From Candidatus Latescibacterota bacterium (GTDB taxonomy: Bacteria > Latescibacterota > UBA2968 > UBA8231), in contig OZ242214.1 in assembly GCA_965206595.1 (NCBI GenBank), forward strand, positions 128,001-192,000: a stretch of 64,000 bases of DNA. Reading direction: 5' to 3'. Positions 36,963 to 48,952 of this stretch are shown here, in pieces. Positions within the stretch are counted from its first letter, which is position 1. Each line of letters begins with the position of its first letter. Position numbers and translations under genes: made by a program. Under the pieces are notes generated by a model. That model was not told where the DNA came from. It saw only the letters and a list, made by a program, of their open reading frames with translations, and did no database searches.

Positions 36963-36991
36963 TTCATACTGAACATTCGTTCATTTGTCAA
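36963..36991 (-). promoter_or_regulatory. lexA promoter with SOS box (GAAC-N4-GTTC) in the -35/-10 spacer
   Basis: Minus strand TTGACA-N17-TATGAA; the spacer contains TGAACATTCGTTCA (36970-36983). Confidence 0.75.
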
Positions 36992-37106
36992 CGGCCTCCT
37001 TTGCAGGAAACCCGGATATCCCTGTGGGTTTCCTGCGCGTGCCTGGGTTGGAATGAGCACCCTCGGCAAGACCCCCAGCTCGGTCGGCGAAACCGGTGGG
37101 ATGCGA

Positions 37107-37135
37107 TTGACAAAGTTTACCCCGGAGGATAACCT
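37107..37135 (+). promoter_or_regulatory. sigma70-type promoter of the FN3 operon
   Basis: TTGACA-N17-TAACCT. Confidence 0.65.
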
Positions 37136-37155
37136 AACCAAGCGTCGCCAAAACA

Positions 37156-37716
37156 GTGTGTGAAGGTATCTCAATCACAGCCGGTTCGAACCGGTTCGAA
37201 CCCCTCCCTGCGCCAGACCGGAGTTCCGCAATCTCCGCAAAATCGTCTGCACACGTCACCATTCTTCTTCTGCTCGTCGCCGTCGCCATTCAGGCGGAGG
37301 CGGAGATCGGGGATTTCGCCAGCGCGCGGCGAACCCTTGGGCTGGCTTTCCTAGGGGCCGGCACAGCTCTTGCGGTCAAGGGCTTCGATTACCGCGAGGA
37401 GGCGGATGCTTTCTACGCCGACTACCAGCGCGCCGCCGATCCGATCGAGATCAACAGGTTGTATCAGCGAACCACCAACCGCGACATCAAGGCGCAGGTC
37501 AGCTGGGCCCTGGCGGCTGCCTGCGGAGTTGGCGGGTTGCGCCTGCTGACAACGGGAGACGGCGACCAGGGTGAACGGCCCCGCGAGTCCGAGGCTTCGC
37601 CTGAGAAAGACCCGTCCCGAAACCCGGATTCCCCAAAACCTCGGTTGCAGTTGAAACCCCGACTCGATCCCTCGAGGCGGGGTTTCGGTCTCGAGATTTC
37701 CAGGCTGTTTTTCTGA
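37156..37716 (+). CDS. Hypothetical exported/membrane protein (two hydrophobic helices, aromatic C-terminus)
   Basis: Signal-like ILLLLVAVAIQAEA; helix-YADY-helix pattern; ends in RLFF. Start position uncertain. Confidence 0.65.
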   Translation: MCEGISITAGSNRFEPLPAPDRSSAISAKSSAHVTILLLLVAVAIQAEAEIGDFASARRTLGLAFLGAGTALAVKGFDYREEADAFYADYQRAADPIEINRLYQRTTNRDIKAQVSWALAAACGVGGLRLLTTGDGDQGERPRESEASPEKDPSRNPDSPKPRLQLKPRLDPSRRGFGLEISRLFF

Positions 37717-37786
37717 CTGCTCCGGATCACCGGCTTCCCGCTCCTTCGTCATCCCTGCCCATGGCCGCATCGCTTTTGAGAAGCAG

Positions 37787-40700
37787 ATGATCGCGCGCAG
37801 AACCTGTCTCGCCGCCGCCGTCGCAGTCGCCCTCACCGGGACGAGTTGCGACAGGGAACGCAGCAACCCGCTCGATCCCCAGGGGGATTTCGTGCGCAAG
37901 CGCCCCACTACCCCGGCGGGATTGGCTGCGGAGCCGGGAGTAGGCGTGGTGCGGCTGAGCTGGCAGGCGGTCGAGGATCTCGATCTGGCCGGGTACGCCC
38001 TGTTGCGGTCGGAAGACGCTGCCGCGGTATTCACCTTTCTCCCCGGCAGGGGCTCCGGCGGCGCCACCATTACAACCGGGAAGACCTCCTTCGTCGACTC
38101 GCTGCATTCCTTCGCGGGGAGGACCTTTTTCTATCGCGTCGCCGCGGTCGACACCTCCGGGCTGCAGAGCCTGCCGTCCGGTTTCGTAGGGGCCACGGTG
38201 CTCGAGGACAAGGTCGCACCAGAGCCGCCCCGGAGCCTGGCGGCGATTCCGGACGAGAGCGAGCCGCGCGTCACCCTCCTGTGGACACCTCCGGTGCGCG
38301 ACGCTGGCGGCGGGGAGCTTTCCGGGTTGGCCGGGTATGCGATCCTGCGGGGGGAACCGGAGTCGGGCGGAACCGTGCCTGTCGACACTGTCGCCGCGGA
38401 GACCCGGCAGTACGTCGACGAGGGCCTGAAAGCGCTGACGTCGTACAGCTATTCGATAGTGGCCTTCGACCAGGCGGGTAATACGAGCAGCCTTTCGCAG
38501 GTCGTGCAGGTCACCACGCCGGGGTTGCCGGTTCCCGCCAACCTCGCGGCGCAATCCGGACCGGGCCGCATCGAGGTGAGCTGGGTGGCGGTGGAAGACG
38601 AGGAGCTTCTGGGGTACAACGTGTATCGTTCGGAGCGCCCCGACGAGTCGTTCGAGCGGTTGCCTGGGACGGAGGGGACGCCCTTCACGACAGGTCGCAC
38701 GAGCTACGTGGATACGAGCGTGGCGGTGGGCCGTCCGTATTACTACAAGGTGCAGTCGGTGGGGCGGACGCACCGTTCGGAGCTGTCGGTGTTCGTGGAC
38801 GGGGAGGCGCTGGCGGACGAGGTGCCTCCGGAGTCACCGCGCAACCTGTCGGCGCTGGCGGACGAATCGGAGTTTGGCCGGGTGACGGTGACGTGGAACG
38901 CCCCTCTGAGGGATGACGACCGGGGTGAGCTGACCGGCCTGTCCGGGTATCGGGTGTTCCGGTCTCAGGGAACGACGGACTCGTTCGTGCAGGTGGCGGC
39001 GGTGTCCGAGGCTCGGTATGAGGACAGCGGGTTGGAGGAGTCGACGACGTATTACTACACGGTGTTGGCGGTGGACGGGTCGGGGAACGAGTCGGGGCGT
39101 GCGGCGCCGGTGCGGGTGAAGACGCAGGGGGCCGACGAGGTTTCTCCTGGAGTGCCCCGGAACGTGTCGGCGGTTGCGGAGGGGGGTTTCACGGACCGGA
39201 TTGCGGTACGCTGGAGCGCGCCGACGACGGACGCGGACGGGGGTGAGCTGACGGGGTTGTCGGGGTTCACGGTGTATCGCTCGGAGGGGGTATCGGGTTC
39301 GCTGGTGTCGGTGGCGACGGTGGGACCGGAGGTCCGGGAGTATGTGGACGAAGGGTTGCGGTCGCTGACGGAGTATGGGTATGCGGTGACCGCGTTCGAC
39401 GGTTCGGGCAACGAGTCGGGTCAGTCCGGGTTGTCTCGAGCGCGCACGGAGGGGATTGCGATTCCGTCGGGGGTCCGGGCAGAGGACGGTATCGGCCGCA
39501 TCGAGGTGAGCTGGGCGGCGGTGGAAGACGAGGAGCTTCTGGGGTACAACGTGTATCGTTCGGAGCGCCCCGACGAGTCGTTCGAGCGGTTGCCTGGGAC
39601 GGAGGGGACGCCCTTCACGACAGGTCGCACGAGCTACGTGGATACGAGCGTGGCGGTGGGCCGTCCGTATTACTACAAGGTGCAGTCGGTGGGGCGGACG
39701 CACCGTTCGGAGCTGTCGGTGTTCGTGGACGGGGAGGCGCTGGCGGACGAGGTGCCTCCGGAGTCACCGCGCAACCTGTCGGCGCTGGCGGACGAATCGG
39801 AGTTTGGCCGGGTGACGGTGACGTGGAACGCCCCTCTGAGGGATGACGACCGGGGTGAGCTGACCGGCCTGTCCGGGTATCGGGTGTTCCGGTCTCAGGG
39901 AACGACGGACTCGTTCGTGCAGGTGGCGGCGGTGTCCGAGGCTCGGTATGAGGACAGCGGGTTGGAGGAGTCGACGACGTATTACTACACGGTGTTGGCG
40001 GTGGACGGGTCGGGGAACGAGTCGGGGCGTGCGGCGCCGGTGCGGGTGAAGACGCAGGGGGCCGACGAGGTTTCTCCTGGAGTGCCCCGGAACGTGTCGG
40101 CGGTTGCGGAGGGGGGTTTCACGGACCGGATTGCGGTACGCTGGAGCGCGCCGACGACGGACGCGGACGGGGGTGAGCTGACGGGGTTGTCGGGGTTCAC
40201 GGTGTATCGCTCGGAGGGGGTATCGGGTTCGCTGGTGTCGGTGGCGACGGTGGGACCGGAGGTCCGGGAGTATGTGGACGAGGGCCTTCGGTCGCTGACG
40301 GAGTATGGGTATGCGGTGACCGCGTTCGACGGTTCGGGCAACGAGTCGGGTCAGTCCGGGTTGTCTCGAGCGCGCACGGAGGGGATCGCGATTCCGTCGG
40401 GGGTCCGGGCAGAGGACGGTATCGGCCGCATCGAGGTGAGCTGGGCGGCGGTGGAAGACGAGGGGTTGATCGGCTACAACGTCTACCGCTCGCGTCGTCC
40501 CGACCTGGAGTTCGAGCGACTGGGTTCGGCAACGGGGGCGTCGTTCACGACGGCCCGTACGAGCTACGTCGATTCGAATCTGGTTGCCGGGGCGCGCTAT
40601 TACTACAAGGTGTCGTCGGTGTCGTCGGCATTTGAAAGCGAGCTGTCCGGATATGTCGGCGGGGAGTCCCGGTCGGACGCCTCGGCCCCGGAGCCTCCGG

Positions 40701-43700
40701 GCGGGGTGCTGGCGCTGGCTTTGGAGGAGGGGGCGCAGATCCGTGTGAGCTGGCGGGCATCGCAGTATGACGCGGACGGGGGTGAACTGACCGGCCTGCA
40801 GAGGTATGTGATATTCCGCTCGTCGGAGGGGTCTTCGGAGCTGGTGGCGGTGGACACGGTGTCGGCGGGGACGACGGAGTATGTCGACGCGGGTCTGGAA
40901 GCGGCGGTGGTCTACTCCTACGCGCTGATGGCGGTGGACGCTTCGGGTAACGGGAGTGCGCTGACGTCGCCGGTATCGGCGACGACGCGGGGCCTGGCCC
41001 CCCCATCGGGGCTGTCGGCGGTTTCGGGTATCGGCCGCATCACCGTTTCCTGGGCGGGGAGCGGCGAGGCGGACCTGGTCGGGTACAACGTGTATCGTTC
41101 GGAGCGCCCCGACGAGTCGTTCGAGCGGTTGCCTGGGACGGAGGGGACGCCCTTCACGACAGGTCGCACGAGCTACGTGGATACGAGCGTGGCGGTGGGC
41201 CGTCCGTATTACTACAAGGTGCAGTCGGTGGGGCGGACGCACCGTTCGGAGCTGTCGGTGTTCGTGGACGGGGAGGCGCTGGCGGACGAGGTGCCTCCGG
41301 AGTCACCGCGCAACCTGTCGGCGCTGGCGGACGAATCGGAGTTTGGCCGGGTGACGGTGACGTGGAACGCCCCTCTGAGGGATGACGACCGGGGTGAGCT
41401 GACCGGCCTGTCCGGGTATCGGGTGTTCCGGTCTCAGGGAACGACGGACTCGTTCGTGCAGGTGGCGGCGGTGTCCGAGGCTCGGTATGAGGACAGCGGG
41501 TTGGAGGAGTCGACGACGTATTACTACACGGTGTTGGCGGTGGACGGGTCGGGGAACGAGTCGGGGCGTGCGGCGCCGGTGCGGGTGAAGACGCAGGGGG
41601 CCGACGAGGTTTCTCCTGGAGTGCCCCGGAACGTGTCGGCGGTTGCGGAGGGGGGTTTCACGGACCGGATTGCGGTACGCTGGAGCGCGCCGACGACGGA
41701 CGCGGACGGGGGTGAGCTGACGGGGTTGTCGGGGTTCACGGTGTATCGCTCGGAGGGGGTATCGGGTTCGCTGGTGTCGGTGGCGACGGTGGGACCGGAG
41801 GTCCGGGAGTATGTGGACGAAGGGTTGCGGTCGCTGACGGAGTATGGGTATGCGGTGACCGCGTTCGACGGTTCGGGCAACGAGTCGGGTCAGTCCGGGT
41901 TGTCTCGAGCGCGCACGGAGGGGATTGCGATTCCGTCGGGGGTCCGGGCAGAGGACGGTATCGGCCGCATCGAGGTGAGCTGGGCGGCGGTGGAAGACGA
42001 GGAGCTTCTGGGGTACAACGTGTATCGTTCGGAGCGCCCCGACGAGTCGTTCGAGCGGTTGCCTGGGACGGAGGGGACGCCCTTCACGACAGGTCGCACG
42101 AGCTACGTGGATACGAGCGTGGCGGTGGGCCGTCCGTATTACTACAAGGTGCAGTCGGTGGGGCGGACGCACCGTTCGGAGCTGTCGGTGTTCGTGGACG
42201 GGGAGGCGCTGGCGGACGAGGTGCCTCCGGAGTCACCGCGCAACCTGTCGGCGCTGGCGGACGAATCGGAGTTTGGCCGGGTGACGGTGACGTGGAACGC
42301 CCCTCTGAGGGATGACGACCGGGGTGAGCTGACCGGCCTGTCCGGGTATCGGGTGTTCCGGTCTCAGGGAACGACGGACTCGTTCGTGCAGGTGGCGGCG
42401 GTGTCCGAGGCTCGGTATGAGGACAGCGGGTTGGAGGAGTCGACGACGTATTACTACACGGTGTTGGCGGTGGACGGGTCGGGGAACGAGTCGGGGCGTG
42501 CGGCGCCGGTGCGGGTGAAGACGCAGGGGGCCGACGAGGTTTCTCCTGGAGTGCCCCGGAACGTGTCGGCGGTTGCGGAGGGGGGTTTCACGGACCGGAT
42601 TGCGGTACGCTGGAGCGCGCCGACGACGGACGCGGACGGGGGTGAGCTGACGGGGTTGTCGGGGTTCACGGTGTATCGCTCGGAGGGGGTATCGGGTTCG
42701 CTGGTGTCGGTGGCGACGGTGGGACCGGAGGTCCGGGAGTATGTGGACGAGGGCCTTCGGTCGCTGACGGAGTATGGGTATGCGGTGACCGCGTTCGACG
42801 GTTCGGGCAACGAGTCGGGTCAGTCCGGGTTGTCTCGAGCGCGCACGGAGGGGATCGCGATTCCGTCGGGGGTCCGGGCAGAGGACGGTATCGGCCGCAT
42901 CGAGGTGAGCTGGGCGGCGGTGGAAGACGAGGGGTTGATCGGCTACAACGTCTACCGCTCGCGTCGTCCCGACCTGGAGTTCGAGCGACTGGGTTCGGCA
43001 ACGGGGGCGTCGTTCACGACGGCCCGTACGAGCTACGTCGATTCGAATCTGGTTGCCGGGGCGCGCTATTACTACAAGGTGTCGTCGGTGTCGTCGGCAT
43101 TTGAAAGCGAGCTGTCCGGATATGTCGGCGGGGAGTCCCGGTCGGACGCCTCGGCCCCGGAGCCTCCGGGCGGGGTGCTGGCGCTGGCTTTGGAGGAGGG
43201 GGCGCAGATCCGTGTGAGCTGGCGGGCATCGCAGTATGACGCGGACGGGGGTGAACTGACCGGCCTGCAGAGGTATGTGATATTCCGCTCGTCGGAGGGG
43301 TCTTCGGAGCTGGTGGCGGTGGACACGGTGTCGGCGGGGACGACGGAGTATGTCGACGCGGGTCTGGAAGCGGCGGTGGTCTACTCCTACGCGCTGATGG
43401 CGGTGGACGCTTCGGGTAACGGGAGTGCGCTGACGTCGCCGGTATCGGCGACGACGCGGGGCCTGGCCCCCCCATCGGGGCTGTCGGCGGTTTCGGGTAT
43501 CGGCCGCATCACCGTTTCCTGGGCGGGGAGCGGCGAGGCGGACCTGGTCGGGTACAACGTGTATCGTTCGGAGCGCCCCGACGAGTCGTTCGAGCGGTTG
43601 CCTGGGACGGAGGGGACGCCCTTCACGACAGGTCGCACGAGCTACGTGGATACCGGGTTTGTCGGGGGAGAGGTTTTCTTCTATCGCGCAAGTGTCGTCA

Positions 43701-44392
43701 CCTCCCAGGGAGAGAGCGACCTGTCGGAGTTCGACGGAGCCACGGTGGAAACCGACTCGCGGCCCCCCGCGGCCCCGACCTTCCTGTCCGGAGAGGCGGT
43801 CGCGGGAGATCCCGAGGTCATCCTGCTGGAGTGGCGGGCCCCCTTGAGCGACTTCAGCGGTGCCGAGCTCACCGGTCTGTCGGGATACCTGGTGTTCCGT
43901 GCGGATAGCCCCTCCGGGCCGTTCAGGGAAATCGGCAGCTCGGAAACCGCGGAATACCGGGATAGTGGACTCGAACAAAGGACGACCTACTACTACCAGG
44001 TTCAGGCGCTCGACCCGGCCGGCAACGCAAGTGCGCCATCGGAGACCGAGTCCGCGACGACCTCGGGGGTGGACATTCCGAAGAACGTCTCGCTCACCTC
44101 GACAACGCCGTCCGACCTGACGAAGAATCCTGTGGTCACGATCAGGTGGGAGGCGTCGGCAGGGGTCGTCCTTCGATACGAGGTGGAGAGGACGACGGTG
44201 CCGAACAGCACCGACGACGCCGATTACACCGGAATTCCGCCGGCCAGCGGCATCAAGAACGACATCAGGACCAGTCGCGAGGACGATACGGTGGAAAGGG
44301 GACTGACCTATTTCTACCGGGTTCGGGCGGTCGACGCGGAGTCGCGGGAAAGCGATTGGACGACGCCGCTGGCGGTCAAGGTGTCGGAGTGA
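37787..44392 (+). CDS. Giant fibronectin type III repeat lipoprotein (~21 FN3 domains)
   Basis: Lipobox GTSC followed by RSNPLDP; repeated W...GYxVYRS...YxD...YYYxV..D.SGNES modules. Confidence 0.92.
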   Translation: MIARRTCLAAAVAVALTGTSCDRERSNPLDPQGDFVRKRPTTPAGLAAEPGVGVVRLSWQAVEDLDLAGYALLRSEDAAAVFTFLPGRGSGGATITTGKTSFVDSLHSFAGRTFFYRVAAVDTSGLQSLPSGFVGATVLEDKVAPEPPRSLAAIPDESEPRVTLLWTPPVRDAGGGELSGLAGYAILRGEPESGGTVPVDTVAAETRQYVDEGLKALTSYSYSIVAFDQAGNTSSLSQVVQVTTPGLPVPANLAAQSGPGRIEVSWVAVEDEELLGYNVYRSERPDESFERLPGTEGTPFTTGRTSYVDTSVAVGRPYYYKVQSVGRTHRSELSVFVDGEALADEVPPESPRNLSALADESEFGRVTVTWNAPLRDDDRGELTGLSGYRVFRSQGTTDSFVQVAAVSEARYEDSGLEESTTYYYTVLAVDGSGNESGRAAPVRVKTQGADEVSPGVPRNVSAVAEGGFTDRIAVRWSAPTTDADGGELTGLSGFTVYRSEGVSGSLVSVATVGPEVREYVDEGLRSLTEYGYAVTAFDGSGNESGQSGLSRARTEGIAIPSGVRAEDGIGRIEVSWAAVEDEELLGYNVYRSERPDESFERLPGTEGTPFTTGRTSYVDTSVAVGRPYYYKVQSVGRTHRSELSVFVDGEALADEVPPESPRNLSALADESEFGRVTVTWNAPLRDDDRGELTGLSGYRVFRSQGTTDSFVQVAAVSEARYEDSGLEESTTYYYTVLAVDGSGNESGRAAPVRVKTQGADEVSPGVPRNVSAVAEGGFTDRIAVRWSAPTTDADGGELTGLSGFTVYRSEGVSGSLVSVATVGPEVREYVDEGLRSLTEYGYAVTAFDGSGNESGQSGLSRARTEGIAIPSGVRAEDGIGRIEVSWAAVEDEGLIGYNVYRSRRPDLEFERLGSATGASFTTARTSYVDSNLVAGARYYYKVSSVSSAFESELSGYVGGESRSDASAPEPPGGVLALALEEGAQIRVSWRASQYDADGGELTGLQRYVIFRSSEGSSELVAVDTVSAGTTEYVDAGLEAAVVYSYALMAVDASGNGSALTSPVSATTRGLAPPSGLSAVSGIGRITVSWAGSGEADLVGYNVYRSERPDESFERLPGTEGTPFTTGRTSYVDTSVAVGRPYYYKVQSVGRTHRSELSVFVDGEALADEVPPESPRNLSALADESEFGRVTVTWNAPLRDDDRGELTGLSGYRVFRSQGTTDSFVQVAAVSEARYEDSGLEESTTYYYTVLAVDGSGNESGRAAPVRVKTQGADEVSPGVPRNVSAVAEGGFTDRIAVRWSAPTTDADGGELTGLSGFTVYRSEGVSGSLVSVATVGPEVREYVDEGLRSLTEYGYAVTAFDGSGNESGQSGLSRARTEGIAIPSGVRAEDGIGRIEVSWAAVEDEELLGYNVYRSERPDESFERLPGTEGTPFTTGRTSYVDTSVAVGRPYYYKVQSVGRTHRSELSVFVDGEALADEVPPESPRNLSALADESEFGRVTVTWNAPLRDDDRGELTGLSGYRVFRSQGTTDSFVQVAAVSEARYEDSGLEESTTYYYTVLAVDGSGNESGRAAPVRVKTQGADEVSPGVPRNVSAVAEGGFTDRIAVRWSAPTTDADGGELTGLSGFTVYRSEGVSGSLVSVATVGPEVREYVDEGLRSLTEYGYAVTAFDGSGNESGQSGLSRARTEGIAIPSGVRAEDGIGRIEVSWAAVEDEGLIGYNVYRSRRPDLEFERLGSATGASFTTARTSYVDSNLVAGARYYYKVSSVSSAFESELSGYVGGESRSDASAPEPPGGVLALALEEGAQIRVSWRASQYDADGGELTGLQRYVIFRSSEGSSELVAVDTVSAGTTEYVDAGLEAAVVYSYALMAVDASGNGSALTSPVSATTRGLAPPSGLSAVSGIGRITVSWAGSGEADLVGYNVYRSERPDESFERLPGTEGTPFTTGRTSYVDTGFVGGEVFFYRASVVTSQGESDLSEFDGATVETDSRPPAAPTFLSGEAVAGDPEVILLEWRAPLSDFSGAELTGLSGYLVFRADSPSGPFREIGSSETAEYRDSGLEQRTTYYYQVQALDPAGNASAPSETESATTSGVDIPKNVSLTSTTPSDLTKNPVVTIRWEASAGVVLRYEVERTTVPNSTDDADYTGIPPASGIKNDIRTSREDDTVERGLTYFYRVRAVDAESRESDWTTPLAVKVSE
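38564..43654 (+). repeat. Nested intragenic tandem repeats: 930-930-609 bp units, duplicated as a 2469-bp block
   Basis: The anchor GGCCGCATC recurs at 38564, 39494, 40424, 41033, 41963, 42893 and 43502. Identical antisense ORFs in the track are offset by 2469. Confidence 0.95.
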
Positions 44393-44605
44393 GTTAAGCC
44401 TGCGACAGTCCGTGGCGATCCTGGAACAGAGGGAAAGGATCGAGCCCGGCTTTCGCGGGCGTCCCGGCAACTGAGGCGGGGCCCCGGCGATGCGGTCGAA
44501 ATTTACATCCGCCGCCGGGACGGCAGCCGTTCTCCGTCGAACGGGGATTTTACCGGCCTCAAGGTTTCGCCGCCGCAGTGCCCGATTGATCCCGGTTAAT
44601 CAGGA

Positions 44606-46034
44606 ATGAGTGAAATCAGTGGAGGCGGGACATCTCCGGACGAACTGGCGGCAGCCGTCGGCCAGTGGTTCCGCGACACCACCGGGGAGGCCGGCGCCGG
44701 GACCGTGGTGGCGGTGTCGGGGGGACTGGACTCCATGGTGCTTCTCGATCTCCTCGCCCGCGACCGGCAGCTTTGCCCGCGACTGCACGTCGCTCATTTC
44801 GACCATCAGCTGCGGCCCGAGTCAGGGGCCGACGCTGTTTTCGTCGCGCAGGAAGGGGCCCGGCGCAGGCTGCCTGTGACCACGGCAGCGGGGGACGTGA
44901 GAAGGCTCGCCGCAGGTGCGCGAATCTCCCTCGAAATGGCTGCACGCGAGCTGCGCTTCGAGTTTCTGCACCGCGTCATGACGGAGGCGGGGTGTGAGTT
45001 CATCGCTCTGGGACACCACGCGGACGATCAGGCGGAAACCGTCATCATGCGTCTGCTGCGCGGCAGCGCTTCGGGTCTGGGCGGCATGGCGCCGGTTCGC
45101 GGCAAGCGCTATCTGCGACCTCTGCTGGCCTACACCCGCGACACTCTCGCCGAGTACGCCGCGAGTCGGGATGTCGCCTACCGCGACGACGCCAGCAACC
45201 GCGATCCGAAGTTCCTGCGCAACAGGGTGCGCCGCGAGTTGCTTCCTCGACTGCGCTCGTTCAACCCGCAAATCGTCCGTACCCTCACGCGTTCCGCGGA
45301 GCTGCTTCGCGACGAGGACGACTGGCTTTCCCAGGAGGCTTCAGCCGCGGCCGCGGCGGCTGTCACCCGCGCCGACTCCACCCGTATCGTCCTTGCTGCC
45401 CCCACCCTCGCCAACTATCATATAGCTATACAGCGCAGGGTGTTACGGCATTCGTTGCGGGCTATTACGCCACCTCGCGCCGAGGCCGGTCGCGCGGCGA
45501 TCGACGCCCTCGTCGATCTGGCGCACGGGCCGGTCGCGGGAATCGTCGATCTCGGTTCGGGGATGCGGGCACAGCGCCGCGGCGACAGTCTGGTGCTGAG
45601 CGCGGGAGCGGCGGTTCCGGTGGACCGCTCGTTCGAAGTTCCCGCAGTGGTATTCCTTCCCGAGCGCTCGCTTGAGTTCCACTCGCGCTTCCTTCCGGGC
45701 AGATCATTCGCGGAACTGGCGCCGCGCCTGGGATCCTGGGAAGCGGTTTTCGACGCCGACTCGCTGGGGCCCGAGCCGTTGCGCCTGCGCGGAATGGAGG
45801 AGGGAGACAGGATGCATCCGTTCGGACTCGAGGGACGCCACAAGAAGGTCAGGGACCTCCTGGCAGAGGCTGGTTACCCCCGCCTGCTGCGCGACGAATC
45901 GCTGCTGCTGACCCATGGCCGCGAGATTCTATGGGTCGCCGGCTTGCGCACCGGTCACGGCCATCGCGTCACCTCGGCGACCAGGCATATCCTGCACTGC
46001 GAGTTCAAGCCCTCCGACACAGCGAGCCAGCGAA

Positions 46035-46042
<8 letters not shown>
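44606..46042 (+). CDS. tilS: tRNA(Ile)-lysidine synthase
   Basis: AVSGGLDS, HFDHQLR, GHHADDQAET, RNRVR. Confidence 0.96.
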
Positions 46043-48061
<2,019 letters not shown>

Positions 48062-48065
<4 letters not shown>

Positions 48066-48952
48066 TCTGGAGTTTGCGGGGTGAGGACCGCAGTGTCGAT
48101 TTCCGCTCCCGCGTCCGGATCATGGGCATCCTCAACGTCACCCCCGATTCCTTTTACGACGGTGGATGCTACGACGAGGTCGGGCGCGCCGTGGACCGGG
48201 CGTTGCAACTGGAAGCGGAAGGGGCCGACATCATCGATATCGGCGGGGAGTCCTCGCGCCCACCGATGTACGGAGCCGCCGCGGCCGTGAGCGCAGCCGC
48301 GGAGTGCCGCCGGGTGGTTCCTGTAATCGAGGGAATCCGGACGCGGTCCCAGGTTCCCATTTCGGTCGACACGACCAAGGCCGAGGTTGCCCGCGAGGCG
48401 CTTTCCTCGGGTGCCGACATAGTCAACGATATCAGCGCCCTCGGTGACCCGGAAATGGCCTCCGTCGCCGCCGAAGCCGCAGCGCCGATGATTCTGATGC
48501 ACCGCCGCGGCACTCCGGCAACCATGCAGCTCGACACCCGCTACGACGACCTGCTGGGTGAAATTGCCGGTTTCCTTCGCTCTCGAATCGACGCGGCCAC
48601 CGCTGCCGGCGTAGAGCGCCGGCACCTGGGGGTCGACCCCGGTCTGGGGTTCGGCAAATCGATCGGCAGTAATCTGACCCTGATCGCCGAGCTGTCCCGC
48701 TTCCGCAGCTTCGGCTGTCCCGTCGTCGTCGGCCTCTCCCGCAAGTCCTTTCTGTGGAAGCCACTCGGACTCTCGGCCGGGGACTGCCTCGAGCCGAGCC
48801 TGGCGGCCGCGGCCCTTGCCGTTGCCCGCGGCGCAAACGCGGTGCGCGTCCACGACGTCGCCGCGTCCTTCAGGGCGGTGCGCACCGCCGAGGCGGTCGA
48901 GCGTGCCTCTCGACCGGGGGCGCCGTCGTCGCCGGGGTACGCGCAACAGTGA
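48062..48952 (+). CDS. folP: Dihydropteroate synthase
   Basis: MGILNVTPDSF, DIGGESSRP, DPGLGFGK, SRKS, RVHDV; ATGA overlap with ftsH. Confidence 0.96.

Noticed and set aside
37181-37215. GGTTCGAACCC...CCA resembles a tRNA 3' end or att site
   Set aside because: The T-stem does not pair, no cloverleaf forms, and there is no integrase nearby.
38564-43654. Repeats as a CRISPR array or mobile element
   Set aside because: The units are 609-930 bp, in frame and protein-coding, with no spacers, cas genes or transposase.
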